Source of the DNA: Felis catus
Taxonomy: Eukaryota
Assembly (NCBI RefSeq): GCF_018350175.1
Contig: NC_058368.1
Span: 114,268,001 to 114,332,000 of the forward strand
Direction: 5' to 3'
DNA length: 64,000 nucleotides
The position numbers were made by a program, and so were the translations under genes. Each line of letters starts with the position of its first letter. Position 1 is the stretch's first letter. Below, in pieces: positions 50,509 to 64,000 of this stretch. A model generated the notes under the pieces. The model ran no database searches. It had not been told where the DNA came from and saw only the letters and a program-made list of their open reading frames with translations.

Positions 50509-51293
50509 CAATGGTCCTGCCCAAGCTCAGGGCAAGCTCCAAAAGAAAGTGGTTGTCTGAGAAGCATGGGCAAATTTCCAGATTGTTCCATTAGTGCTGG
50601 AAGGGCTCTTTGATGTCATCTTGTCCAGGTACCTCATCTTACCAAGTGAAGAGTAAACTCGGGTTCAAGGGGAAAGGAGGCAATGGCAGATGCAGAGATA
50701 GAGCCCAGGCTCTATCTGGCATGATCAATGGCATGATCAACTGTCCCTGTTTTCCCATGTGGAACTTCTGGCCTTAAACTTAGGGAAGTCCAGGGAACAA
50801 CAGAATGAGTTGGTCACTCTGCCTCTTGGTTCTAGTCGTCCAGTGCTTTTTACTTTTATTATTACTTTTTAAAGAATCACAGGTTTTAAAAAAAATTTTT
50901 TTAAGTTTAGTAATTATTTTGAGAGAGAGAGAGAAAGCGTGAGGGGGAGAGGGGCAGAGAGAGGGAGACACAGAATCTAAAGCAGGTTCCAGGCTCTGAG
51001 CTGTCAGCACAGAGCCCAACATGGAGTCGAAGCCATGGACAGCAGACCTCAAGATCATGACCTGAACCGAAGTCAGATGCTTAACGGATGGTTAAGGTAT
51101 GGTTCTGACTGCCCTCTATCCAACAAATACCTCTTCTTCCTCCTGACTCAAGTCAGTAATTCCATCATCAGAGTTTAATTACTGCAGCTTAAGCCAAAAA
51201 AAGGTTTTACCCCTTTTTCTAACTTATTTTCTTTTATTTTAATTTAGAGAGAGTGTGTGTGTGCATGCAAGTGGGAGAGAGAGGCAGAGGGAC

Positions 51294-51326
<33 letters not shown>

Positions 51327-52954
51327 GAAAAACTTAAGCAGGCTCCATGCTCAGCATGGAGCCCAACACAGGGCTCTGTCCCAGGACCCTGAGATAATGA
51401 CCTGAGCCAAAATCAAGAGTCAGAAGCTTATCCAAGTGAGCCACCCAGAAGCCCCACAAAGGCTTTATTCTTATTAATGCAAATTCCCTTTGCAAAGGTT
51501 ATGAATCAGCCATCAGTCTCTCCAAATAAAAGACTCAGAGCTCAGAAGCTCCAACGACTTCCTGGCCTTTCCAATGCACCGGTCCTTGTCTGTGTGTACA
51601 CGATTCAGGCTCACACGCTCATGCAGACTCTTTGCCAGTCTGCATTTCCTCTGCCTATGCTCCTTTCCATGCCCCTTCACTCGCTGGGGATATCCCTCCA
51701 TCCAGATCCCATTATAGGGTCACATGAGAGAAGTGTCTCATAGAATAAAATCTAAACTCCTCTCCTTGCTTGTGAAGACCTGTTTAATTTGCTAACAGGT
51801 AAGCTTTCAAGTATAAGGCCTTGGTCTCTCTATATATTCTATAGAATACATTTGCCATATATTTCCAGAACCTAACCTGGTGCACAGTACGCAGAACTGC
51901 TCAAAAAATATACATGTCGGGACGCCTGGGTGGCTGTCACTTAAGCATCCAACTTCAGCTGAGGTCATGATCTCACCATTGGTGGGTTTGAGCCCCGCAA
52001 TGGGCTCTGTGCCGATAGCTCAGAGCTTGGAGCCTGCTTTGGATCCTGTGTCTCCCTCTCTCTGCCCTTCCCCACTCACACTGTCTCTCTCTCTCAAAAA
52101 TAAACATTGAAAAAAAAATTAAAAATATGCATGTTGATCCACTGATTCAGCTCTTTCTGCACACATTTATCACCCAAGACTTCCTGACTAAAGCCTCCTC
52201 TCACAAACTCCCAATAACACCCTGACCTTGCACATGCACTCAACGGTCAGAATTTATCGGCTGTACCTAGATTCTTGAGCTTTTTACTCTGGAACTCCCT
52301 GCTTTTCATCTCCATCAACCTAGTCTACCCACCCTTCAAGGTCCATTCAAGTCCTGCTTTTGCCACAAGGCTTCTTGAGCACTCCAACCTGCCATGGCTC
52401 CTCCTTTGCCATTTAACTGCTGTGCTAGCTGGCTCTCCATCTTAAATTGTCCTGGGTTTCAGCACTACCCTGGGGCTGCAACCTTACACTATTCGTCCCC
52501 CCGGGTTCCTTTGCCTGTGTTGCCTCCCTGAAGATCTGTCTTTTTTCCAGCTCCCTCTCTCAGATGCCTGACACAGTCTCATAGCTTCAACTCTTCCCTC
52601 TCTGTTGTGGATTCATAATCTAGACCTTCAAAATTCTATCCTTTCTTCCCAGTGCCTGAGCCAAATTTCCAACTACCAACCAAACATTTCGATTGGACTT
52701 TGCTGCCATTACCTTTCTCACCAAATGAAGCCCTGACTTGTCAGGTGGTACCATTACCCTCCTTCCCTCCAGTCACACAGGCTGGATAACACTAAGACTG
52801 AGGTAGGGATCAGGGATGAGGGAGACAGGCAAATTAAGTACCAAGACATATCAGTTCTTGGGAGAGATATGTCAATATTTCATCAGCACCACCACCACCA
52901 CCAGTTCATAGTTCACATGGCAGTCAGAGTGATCTTTTAAAAATATGAGTTGGT

Positions 52955-53157
52955 TGGGGTGCCTGGGTGGCTCAGTCGGGTAAGCGGCCGACTTCAGCTC
53001 AGGTCATGATCTCACGGTCCGTGAATTCGAGCCCCACGTCGAGCTCTGTGCTGACAGCTCAGAGCCTGGAGCCTGTTTTGGATTCTGTGTCTCCCTCTCT
53101 CTGACCCTCCCCCATTCATGCTCTGTCTCTCTCTGTCTCAAAAACAACTAAACGTTA

Positions 53158-53199
<42 letters not shown>

Positions 53200-54020
53200 G
53201 AGTTGGTCATGATGCCTGCATGGCTCAGTAGCTTTAAACGTCTGAAGCTGGGTTTCAGCTCAGGTCATGATCTCATGGTTTATGAGACTGAGCCCTGCAT
53301 CGTGCTGTCAGCACAGAGTCTGCTTGGGATTCTCTCTCTCCCTCTCTCTCTGCTCCTCCCTCCTCACGCACGCACGCTTGTGCACGTGACTGTTCTCTCT
53401 CTCTCTGTCTCTCAAAATAAATAAACTTTAAAAAATTTAAATGAGGGGCGCCTGGGTGGCTCAGTCGGTTAAGCGTCCAACTTCAGCCAGGTCACGATCT
53501 CGCGGTCCGTGAGTTCGAGCCCCGTGTCAGGCTCTGGGCTGATGGCTCAGAGCCTGGAGCCTGTTTCCGATTCTGTGTCTCCCTCTCTCTCTGCCCCTCC
53601 CCCGTTCATGCTCTGTCTCTCTCTGTCCCAAAAATGAATAAACGTTGAAAAAAAAATTTTTTTTTAAATAAAAACCATCTTCACCTTGAACCCAACCCTA
53701 AGTATTTTGAGAAATATCAGAAGGGTTACTTATGATCTCCCATATTTTGGTTATACTTGAGTTTGTACCTGAAGTGACCTATGTCCTCCTCTCTAATAAC
53801 ACGATTCCTGTTTCTCCTTGATAGTCCAGCCAAGGGGCACCTGGGTGGCTCACTTGGTTAAGACTTTGGCTCAGGTCATGATCTCACAGTTCGTGGGTTT
53901 GAGCCCACGTTGGACTCTGCCTGACAGTGCGAAGCCTGCTTGGGATGCTCTGTCTCCCTTTCTCTCTTCCCCTCACCTCTCTCTCTTCCTCTCTCTCAAA
54001 AATAAATAAATAAACATTAA
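52955..54020 (+). mobile_element. Cluster of four plus-strand Can-SINEs, including a young-type copy at 53445-53670
   Basis: Heads at ~52955, 53210, 53445 and 53833. Confidence 0.85.
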
Positions 54021-54331
54021 AATACTCAAAACTAAACAAATAAGTAAAGTCCAGCCAATATTGTCTCCTCCTTGAGACAGACACAGCTGAAATCATCCCC
54101 CGCCATGAATCTCATAGAACTTAGGATCAGAACTATCATTCAGTACTTATTAGACACTCTCCTTGTTTCAGTGTTGTCAGTTTTTAAGTATGTATGTATA
54201 TTGTTTTATTTTTCAGATATAAAATTTCTTCTGAGAGCAAGGACAGTCTTTATATTCTGAATTGTATCAAGTCCACTACACCTAACTTAACATCTGTACA
54301 GCCCTTTATTTCTTTTCTAAAGTGGAAATTC

Positions 54332-56372
54332 TTTTTTTTAATTACTTAACTTATTTTTGAGAGAGAGAGAACACATGTGAGAGAGGGGCAGAGAGTCTCT
54401 CTACTGAGAGAGAGAGAGAATCCCAGGAGATGCAGAGGGAGAAGGAGAGAGAAAGGGAGAGAGAGTGCAGAGCCTGGAGCAGGGCTCCAGCTCATGAATG
54501 GTGACATCATGATCTGAGCCAAAGTCAGGTGCTTAACCAACTGAGCCACCCAGGTGCCCCTGTATAGTCCTTTAAAAGACATTTTAAATAGCTAAGGGAT
54601 ATATCTCTTAAAATAATAACTTCATGTAAACTTCTCTTAAAATTAATTCACATTTGAAAATCAAAGCAATATAAAACAATGGAAAAGCCTTGTTCCCATC
54701 TTGTCCACATCTATCCATATCCTATCTACCTCATCTCTGAGCCTACAAGAAACCACTTTTATTAGTTTCTTATATATTATTCCTATATTTCTTTCTTTAA
54801 AATTTTTTCTAATGTTTATTTATTTATGAGAGAGACAGAGACAAAATGCAAGTGGGTTAGGGGCAGAGAGAGAAGGAGACACAGAATCCAAAGCAGGCTC
54901 CAGGCTCTGAGCTGTCAGCACAGAGCCCAATGCAGGGCTCAAACTCACGAACCACAAGATCATGACCGGAGCTGAAACCGGATGCTTAACCAACTGAGCC
55001 ACCCAGACACCCCAATTATTCCTATGTTTCCTTATGCTAATGTGAATAAATGTTAATATGTATTTTTCTTACTCCCCCTATGTATACAAAAGGGGCACAT
55101 TCTTCACGCTGTTCTGTACCTTTCTCTGCACTTAGCAGCATATCTTGGAGATCTCTTTATAACAGTACATAGAGAGGAGATATTCCTGATCACTTTTTCC
55201 AGGCTACAGGGAATACCACTGTGTGGTTAGTTTATTTTACCTATTCCCTGATGATGGGCTGTTTCTATCTTTGCTATTATAAACAATGCTCTAATGAATA
55301 ATCCTGTACATATCATTTCACATTTGTGAGGTTGTACCTGCAGATAGATTCCAAACAGTGGATTCCGGATTAAAAGGTAAATGCATCTATTTTAATGCAT
55401 TTAAATGGGGCAGAGAGAGGGAGACACAGAATCTGAAGCAGGCTCCAGGCTCTAAGCTGTCAGCACAGAGCCCAACACAGGGCTCGAAATCATGGACAGT
55501 GAGATCATGACCTGAGCTGAAGTTGGATGCTCAACCTACTGAGCCATCCAGGCGCCCCTCAAAGCTCATTTTATTTTATTTTATTTTATTTTATTTTATT
55601 TTATTTTATTTTTTTAATGTTTATTATTTTTGAGACAGAGAGAGACAGAGCATGAACGGAGGAGGGTCACAGAGAGAGGGATACACAGAATCTGAAACAG
55701 GCTCCGGGCTCTGAGCTGTCAGCACAGAGCCCGACGTGGGGCTCGAACCCACGGACCGTGAGATCATGACCTGAGCCGAAGTCGGACGCTTAACCTACTA
55801 AGCCACACAGGCGCCCCTCAAAGCTCATTTTAAAAAGGACACCAGGGGTCACCTGGGTGCCATAGTGGGTTAAGCTTCTGTCTCTTGGTTTCAGCTCATG
55901 TCAAAATCTCAAGGGTTGCAGAATGGAACCCCACATGGGGCTCCAGGCCCACAGTGCAGAACCTGCTTGGGAGACTCTCTCTCTCTAAAAATAAATAAAT
56001 AAACTTAAAAAAAAAATAAAAAGGACAACAAGATGAGCACTGGGTGTGGTACAGAAGTGATAAGCCAAAAACCTACACCAAATTCTACACCAAATTCTAC
56101 ACCAAAAACCAATATTACACTACATGTTAACTAACTGGGATTTATTTTTTTCTATTCTATTCTATTCTATTCTATTCTATTCTATTCTATTCTATTTCAG
56201 AGAGAGAGAGAGTGCAAGCAGGGGAGAGGGGCAGAGGGAGAGAGAGAATCTTAAGCAGTCTCCATGGTCAGCATGAAGCCAGATGTGGGCTCAAACCCAT
56301 GACCCTGGGATCATGACCTGAGCCAAAATTGAGAGCTGGTCACTCAATTGACTGAGCCATCCAGGTGCTCCA
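54332..56372. mobile_element. SINE-dense block (five minus, one plus) nested in old L1 fragments, with (TATTT)n and (TATTC)n tails
   Basis: Reverse-complement SINE bodies; TSD ctcaaagctcatttta around the 55568-55817 copy. Confidence 0.8.
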
Positions 56373-56979
56373 CTAAGTGGAATTTAAATAAATATTTGGA
56401 GGGGGAAAAAAATAAACTTATGTGTAGAAGCAAAAAAAAAATTTTTTTTTTTTGGAAACAAAAATAAGAGGACACCAGGTTCAGAGAGTTATACTAATGA
56501 GTTTTAACAAAATTTCATGAAACAATTCCTATATTATTTATTTAATTATGATGAAAAACATATAACATCGAGAGAATGACAAGACAAGCCACAGACTAGA
56601 AGAAAATATTTGTAAAGACACATCTGATAAAGGACTGTTATCCAAATACACAAATAGCTCTTAAAACCCAACAATGAGAAAACAAACATCTCAATTTTAA
56701 AAACGAACGAAAGACCTTAACAGACACGTCACCAAAGAAGATATACAATGACAGGGGCACCTGGGTGGCTCAGTCAACTTTGGCTCAGGTCATGATCTCA
56801 CAGTTTGTGACTTCAAGCCCACATCAGACTCTGTGTTCACAGCTCAGAGCCTGGAGCCCGCTTTGGATTCTGTGTCTCCTTCTCTCTCTCTCTGCTCCTC
56901 CCCAATTTGTGCTGTGTCTCTGTCTCTCAAAAACAAATAAATGTACAATAATTAATTTGTTAATTAATTAATTAAAAAA

Positions 56980-59217
56980 CAGACACAACTCCATTCTCAT
57001 GGAGTTTACATTCTTGTGAAGGAAACAGACAAATAAAACTACTATGTAAAATATCTAACGTGTTAGTGTTGATAAGATTTGCTATCAGAGTAGATGTGGG
57101 GTTGAGGAAGAGGAGTCTAGACTTCCTTCATGATTTTTGCTCCGAGCAGCTGAAGGATAGAGTTACCATTTACTGAGATGGGAAGACTAGAGGATCAAAC
57201 TGGGAGCTGAGGAGGAAGAGAATGGGAAGCTCTGTTTTGGACATGTTACATTTGAAATGTCTGCTGGATAACCAATTAGGCCCCACTTGAGAATGTCAAG
57301 CAGGCAGTTGGATATACAAGTCTGGAGTTCAGGTGAAATCTAATGAAAAATATAATTCCAGTGTAGTAACCAAATGGGAGCAAATATAGATAGAAAATAG
57401 AAAATGTCTGAGGAATAAGCCTCAGGGCACTTCATTATTAATAGCTCAGAGAAATGAAAGGGAACCAGCAGACTGAGAGAAGGTGACCAAAGACACAGAA
57501 GTAAAACCAGGACTCCCTGGAGTCCTAGAAGCTAAAAGAAGCAAGGGTTACTAATTGGAGCATGGATCATCTATGTCAAGTGCTGACACAAGATCACATA
57601 AAATGAAGACTGACAATGAACCCCAGATTCAGTGATGTGGAGACTGATGGTAATCTGGAATAGTTTGAATGGAATGGTGAGCATGAAGGACTAACTGAAC
57701 TAGATTTAAGAGACAATGGAAACAGAAATTAGAGACTGTGAGTAGGGAGAACTGCTTCAAAGAGCTTTGCTATAAAGAGAACAAGCAAAATGGAATGATG
57801 GAGAGTAATAGGGTCAAGAGATAATTTTTAAAAAATTATTTGAGGGGCACCTGGATGGCTCAGTCGGTTAAGCATCTGACTTCAGCTCAGGTCATGATCT
57901 TGCAGTCTGTGAGTTTGAGCCCTGTGTCGGGCTCTGTGCTGACAGCTCAGAGCCTGGAGCCTGTTTCAGATTCTGTGTCTCCCTCTTTCTCTGCCCCTCC
58001 TCTGCTCATGGTGTCTCTCTCTCTGTCTCAAAAATAAATTAAAAAAACATCAAAAAATTTTTTAAAAATTTTAAAAAAATGATAAAAAATAAAAAAAATT
58101 ATTTGAAAGAGAGAGAAAGAGAAGGGGAGGGGGGAGAATGAGAGAGAGAATCCCAAGTAGGCTCCACACTCAGCGTGGAGCCAAATGTGGGGCTAGATCC
58201 CATGACCCTGAGATCATGACCTGAGCCAACATCAAGAGTTGGAGGCTCAACCAACTGAGTCACAGAGGCACCCCAAAAGATAATTTTTTTAATGGGGAAA
58301 TTTTTTTTTATATGCTGATGGAAAATCCCATAGAGACAGGAGAATTCAGGGATGAGAGCTGACATACATGGGATTGACTAACTTAGAAGCACAAGGTCGT
58401 TCATTCATTCACTGCCTCAGAAGAGAAGGTCGAGAGCACAGATGCAGGCAGGTGGATATAGGTGGCAATGGAAGCTGACACAAGCTCTCTTCTGATTATT
58501 TCTGTTTTCCCAGTAAAACAGGAAGTGAGTCAATTGACAGTGTGAAGAAGAGAGAAAGAATAGAGAACTGAGGAGAGAGAAGCTATGAAATAGTCATCTA
58601 GAAAATGGAAGGGTAAATGGACAAGAAAATCAAGTAGGATTGCTGGGAAGCGTTAAGAGACCTCTTTGGGTTAGTGGTCATGACTAAGTGAAACCAGGCA
58701 GCATGCCTATGTATTTCTCTAGCTGCATTCAGTTATGCAAGTACAGGAGTGATTAAGCAAAGAAATGGATTTGATGACAATTTGATTGGGTTTTATTTGG
58801 CCACACCACTACAGAGAATTAAGTCGAGACAAGGATGAACTGAATCCAGGCAAGGAAGTTGAGGATGGACACAAGTAGTCAATAGGATTGACAATGGGAT
58901 TCCAGCTGAGTAAGGAGGGACATGAGGACATGAGGGGGGTAAAGGACAGGAGATTGATTAACTGTAGGTCCCATGGCACAGAAGGATAGATGGAGTTGGG
59001 ATATCAAAGGAAGCAAGCTAGAAAGCGAGGAGATAGATGGAGAGTAAAATATATAAAATTGAAATCATTTCATAAGGTATCATCCTGGGAAGGGAGTAGC
59101 TAAGAAAGAATGGTAGAAAAGGTCACCCAAAGAGATGAGAACAAGGAACTGAGAGGCCAGGGACTTGAAAGGATCCTCTATATAAATACTGAAATAACCA
59201 AGAAAATGGAAGGAAAG
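56980..59217 (-). mobile_element. Long L2 fragment with two nested SINEs; resumes after the MaLR at ~61245-61900
   Basis: tttactgagatgggaagact...ttttggacatgtta..tttgaaatgtct...caggcagttggatatacaagtctggagttcagg is antisense L2. Confidence 0.75.
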
Positions 59218-61244
59218 TGTGCTGTTGACAGTCTCCAAAATGACCCAGGTGGTTCTTACTTCCCAGTATTCATGCCCTGTGTAATCCCTTCTTCCTGAGT
59301 AAGGAGGGGCTGAACCATTGACTCATTTATAACAAATAGAATATGGCAGAAGTGATGGGATATCATTTTCATATAAAGTTATAAGAAGATTATAGTTTCT
59401 CTCATAGACATTCCCTCTCATTCTCTCATGGGTCACTTACCCTGGGGAAAGCCAGCTGCCATGTCATGAAGCAACCCTGTGGAGACCCCATTTGGTGAGA
59501 ACTGAGACTGCCAACAACCAGGTGAGTAAGCTGGGAAGTGGATTCCCTCATTCTCACCCCAGTCAAATCTACAGATAAAACCCCAGCCTCAGCCAAAGGC
59601 TACAACCTCCTAAGAGACCCTGAGACAGAAGTACATAACTAAGCCATGCCCAGATTCCTTACTCACAGAAACAGTGACATGAAAAATATTTGTTGTTTTA
59701 AGCCACTAAGTATCTGGGTAATTTGCCATGAGGCAATAGAAAACCAATACAGATTTTGGAACCTGGAAGTAGGGTACAGTTAAAAAAGAAAAAAAAAAAA
59801 ACAACAACACTAAAAATGTTGGGCTTTAGAAGAGGTCATTGGCTTTGAGGAGAGTTTTGGTGAAGGTTTAAAGAGACTTGAAGGCACTTTTTGTGGACTT
59901 TTGAACTCGGAGGAGGCCACTGGTGAGGGCTTACAGGAAAGTAAGAAAAATCATTTTGGAAAGTGGAGGAAAAGGAGTAATTGTTATGTAAAGACAGAAA
60001 TTTTAGTAACACTTTCATTTTCATTTATGAGGTAGATAGAAAATATGGCCTAATGAACAGAGTGATTTAGCTAAGGAGATTACCAAAGCAAATTGTTGAA
60101 GATGCCAGCTGGTTTACTGTTACTGATCAGAGTAAATGTGAGAGGAGATAGATAAATTGAAGAAAGGATTGTTAAACAAAAAGGAGCAAGGGCTTGATAG
60201 TTTCTAAGATCTCTACCTTCTCTAGACACCAATGATGCTAAAACGAAGAACTGGTGGGGGGCCTGGCTGGCTCAGTTGGTGGGGCATGAAACTTTTTTCT
60301 TTTTTTTTAATGTTCACTTTTGAGAGACAGAGATAGAGTGCAAACAGGGGAGGGGAAGAGAGAGGGAGGCACAGAATCTGAAGCAGGCTCCAGGCTCTGA
60401 GCTGTCAGCACAGAGCCCAACGCGGGGCCCGAACCCATGAACCATGAGATCATGACCTGAGCCCAAGTCGGATGCTCAACTGAATGAGCTACCCAGGCAC
60501 CCCAAGCATGCGACTCTTGATCTGGGGTTGAGTTCAAGCCCGATTTTGGGACTAGAGCTTACTTAAAATTTATTTTAAATGGAAAAAAATTAAAAATTGG
60601 CTTTTGAGCAGAGATTAAATCCAGGACACTGAGAAAAATATGGTTTAAAGATGAAGCTGAGGACTGAAAACCCTTTTGTTAAAACCTCAGAAAGGTTAAG
60701 GGAGAGGCCTCAGAATACTAACTACTAAATCATCCAATAGGCTCTTTAATCAGATTAAGGGTGTGCCTCACAGATCTGTTGGGAGGAAAGTGTATTTTGC
60801 ATGTTGCAGGGATGTGAATCATCAGCGAGCCAGAAAGTCAAATATAGTAAGTAGGCAGGCCCACAAATGGTCCCCAATGATCCCTGCCTCCTGGTATTCA
60901 CACTCTTGTATAATCCCTTTCACTGAATGTGAGCTGGACTTGTGGGCTCACTTCCAACATACAAAACACAGGAAAAATGATGGGATGTTACTTCAGGGAT
61001 TAGTTACAACAAGACTGTGGTCTTTGTCACAATTGCTCTTGCTCTCACCTTCATTTGGTCCTTCACCCAGGGGGAAGCCAGCTGCCACATTATCATGCAG
61101 TCCTAAGAGGGCTTACACAGGAAGCACCCAGCTAAGCAGCAACCAGGATCTTGACCCACATATACTATGAGATGATAAGTATTTGTTGTTTTAAGCCAGT
61201 AGTTTTGAGGGTAATTTGTGACACCAAAACAGATAACTAATACA
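59218..61244 (+). mobile_element. MaLR provirus (MLT1F-like): LTR 59218-59751, internal 59752-60842, LTR 60843-61244
   Basis: Two homologous LTRs (gtattca..c.c..gtgtaatccctt ... tttgttgttttaagcca ... aataca). Internal region begins gattttgga and ends gtgtattttgcatgt..agggatgtgaatcat. Confidence 0.8.
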
Positions 61245-62498
61245 GACTGACAGTGACCCAGGACCTAAAATCTTGAAGAGACTAGAGATGGAAGAGCACA
61301 AAGGATTAGCCACAACAAAGAGAAATGAGTAGGAAGGATGAGCAACACGTGATACCAAGCTGGGTGTCTTTATGGAGAAGAGAGGAAGAATAGTCCAGGA
61401 GTGTCAATGAGTAGTGAGGAACACTTGAGTGGCACAAGTGTACGAGAAAAAGAGTCATTCCTTGGGAGGGCTGGAAAGAACAATGTTCTTCGTCGAGCGA
61501 GGATTCAGTTAAAGCGAGAAAGAGAAGGGAACATTAGAAGAAGCTGAGGATAAGGGGGAAGATGTTGGTGACTGACTGCAAAATCTAGAGGATTCAGTGA
61601 AGTGGTTTTAGGAGATAAGAAGGGGAAGGAGTTGGAGCCAGAAGGGAAGATATACAGAGCAGAGGGGGAAGCACAGTCTGAGGATGAGGGCCTTCTTGGT
61701 CTTCTTGTAGCAATTGACAAGGCAAGGATAAAGAGAGAAATGAAATTATTCTTGGTAGTACCAAGGCAAATCTTTGCAATGAGGTTGTATCAGTGGAAGA
61801 GAGGGATGTGAGGTCCTGGTAGAAGTTCTAGAGCTATCACTTGACTCCTACTGATGGAGGCAGACAGTCGTGCGGAGGAATAGTCATTTCCCAAGCACAG
61901 GGGCTCTCTGCTGACCTCAGCAGGAGGAAGCTTTGAGGCAGGCACAGGAGCAGTCTCATTTGGAAAACATGGCTATCCTCTTGACCTCTGTCAGGACATT
62001 CTCAGGACACTACTAAAATATGTTACCCACCAAAATAAGGAAGTAAACAGAGATTTAAAAAAAGAAACCACAATACTGAAGAAACAGATGTACAACAAAG
62101 TGCAGAAGCAAAGTGACCCCTATGCTGACAGTGAAAGAAGATACTAAAATGACTAGAGCAGGTCTGAGAGCTAAATGTCTTGAGAGGTGTTTTAGATAAG
62201 TGGCCTAGTCTGGGCTTGGAATGGTGATAGCTATGCAGAAAACAAGCAAACAATAAAAGAATAAAAAAGTATTCATTCTAGGGAAAACAAAAAGACTTGT
62301 TTGGAAATAAAAGTAAGCCTAGTTTAGACTCCTCTAAATAGGAGGTGGGAAGATGAGAAAGATGGATTTGTATTTAGTAGGTAGGGAGAGCAAAAAGGCA
62401 AATCCTCGTCCTCCATGGTCAGAAGTCAAGAGATAATACCTAAAATTGAAAAGTCAATAAATAGGATTCAAATAGGTCTTTTTACAAATATGGAAGTA

Positions 62499-63615
62499 GG
62501 GGGTGCCTGGCTGGCTCAGTTGGCAGAGCATGTGATTCTTGATCTCAGAGTTGTGAGTTCAAGCCCCACAATGGAAGTAGAGATTACTTAAAAATAAATT
62601 TTGGGGGCACCTGGGTGGCTCAGTCTGTTGAGTGTCTGACTCTTGATTTTGGCTCAGGTCATGATACCAGGATCATGGTACTAAGCCCCAAGTTGGGCTT
62701 TGAGCTGAGCATGGAGCCTGCTTAAGATTCTCTCCCCTCCTCTTCCTTTGCCCCTCTCCTCTGCTTGTGCTCTCTCTCTAAAATAAAACAACTAAATCAA
62801 AATAAAATAAAATAAAATAAAATAAAATAAAATAAAATCTTAAAAAATAAATAAGAAATATGGAAGTAACACTAACAGCATCAAATAAAAGAAGTGAAAG
62901 TTGTTGTTTCTTGAGAGGAAAAAGGGGGTATAGCTGAAGAAGGCTGTGGCTTTTCTTAACAGATCCTGTAGAAGTATTAACTTTTAGGAGAATGTTTTTT
63001 TTTTTTAAATATTACTTGTTTTTCTAAATTTTTTTAATGTTTATTTATTTTTGAGACAGAGAGAGACAGAGCATGAACAGGGGAGGGTCAGAGAGAGGGA
63101 GACACAGAATCTGAAACAGGCTCCAGGCTCTGAGCTGTCAGCACAGAGCCTAACGCGGGGCTCAAACTCACGGACTGCGAGATCATGACCTGAGCTGAAG
63201 TCGGCCGGCCGCTTAACCAACTGAGCCACCCAGGCGCCCCGAGAATGTTTTTGATTGAATATAAAAATTAAGAAAAAACAAGGTAGATTGCTATGTAGTG
63301 TTATAGGAAGGGGTCCCTGAGATAAAAATTTAAAAACTACGTTGAGGAATAATAACACAGTTCTGTTTCTAAAGTCATATTACGTATATATTGGGGCACC
63401 TGGGTGGCTCAGTCGGTTAAGCATCCAATTTTGGCTCAGGTCATGATCTCACGGTTTGTGGATTCAAGCCTCCCGTCAGGCTCTGTGCTGACAGCTCAGA
63501 GCCTGGAGACTACTTTGGATTCTGTGTCTCCCTCTCTCTCTGCTTCTCCCCAAATTTCACTCTCTCTCTCTCAAAAATAAATATTTAAAAAATTAAAAAA
63601 TAAAAATAAATAAAA
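62499..63615. mobile_element. Four Can-SINEs (+,+,-,+) within old L1 3' sequence
   Basis: Heads at ~62499, 62602, 63240 (minus) and 63392. Confidence 0.8.
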
Positions 63616-64000
63616 TTACATTATGTAATATGAACATTTGTATATGCAGAAAAAGGAATCCACACTAAACTGTTCATAATGGTTGCCTACAAGGAGTAGA
63701 TGGGAGAGAATCAAATTTTACATTATGTATTTCCATTTTATTTTTATTTTTTGTAACGAGCATGAATCACATATACTTTTTTAAAGCTCATTTATTCATA
63801 CACACACATCAAATATTTGTTTGGATTATAACTTCTTTATGCCTTATAGTCATATGCACATTCCAAGTTTTTCACAAAGAGAGATCATTTTAGCAGCTTT
63901 ACTGTATACTCACCAGTGTCACACACTGGGCTGGCTACCCATTAGGCAAGTGCTTATAAAGCCTAACACGGCAGTAGAGAAGCTTCCAACTGAGCAACAA

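Noticed and set aside
51061..51110. SINE 5' end replaced by a short inverted cttaac..gttaag
   Set aside because: Consistent with ordinary 5' truncation and repair; too short to interpret.
63900..64000. TATA-like cttataaa and T-box-like half sites as a WNT8A promoter
   Set aside because: No WNT8A exon in the window and the motifs are too short to be informative.
1..64000. CRISPR arrays, tRNA/rRNA genes, NUMTs or prokaryote-like operons
   Set aside because: None seen; tRNA-like segments are SINE heads and all arrays are microsatellites or SINE clusters.

Overview
Mammalian genomic DNA, felid by its SINEC_Fc-type carnivore SINEs. Bases 1-~25.7 kb hold the 5' end of FAM13B (RhoGAP-domain protein) on the minus strand: a CpG-island promoter and non-coding exon 1 (~25394-25680), non-coding exon 2 (5401-5567), the ATG exon (3890-4081) and the next coding exon (3159-3371). 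The gene continues past position 1. The remaining ~38 kb is repeat-dense upstream DNA (about 80 Can-SINEs in the whole window, plus L1, L2, MIR, MaLR/ERV LTRs and hAT MITEs) with no recognisable protein-coding gene. By recalled mammalian synteny WNT8A lies beyond the right edge, but none of its exons are visible. Nearly all ORFs in the supplied track are repeat artefacts. Main observations: (1) a full-length U6 snRNA copy fused to ~300 nt of another polyadenylated RNA, inside one target-site duplication in FAM13B intron 1; (2) plus-strand splice signals suggesting a spliced antisense transcript from the FAM13B CpG island; (3) three uORFs in non-coding exon 2, two joined stop-start; (4) Gln at the RhoGAP arginine-finger position; (5) a convergent pair of CTCF motifs. 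I see no evidence for a novel multi-gene system. Repeat family names are by eye and boundaries are approximate.
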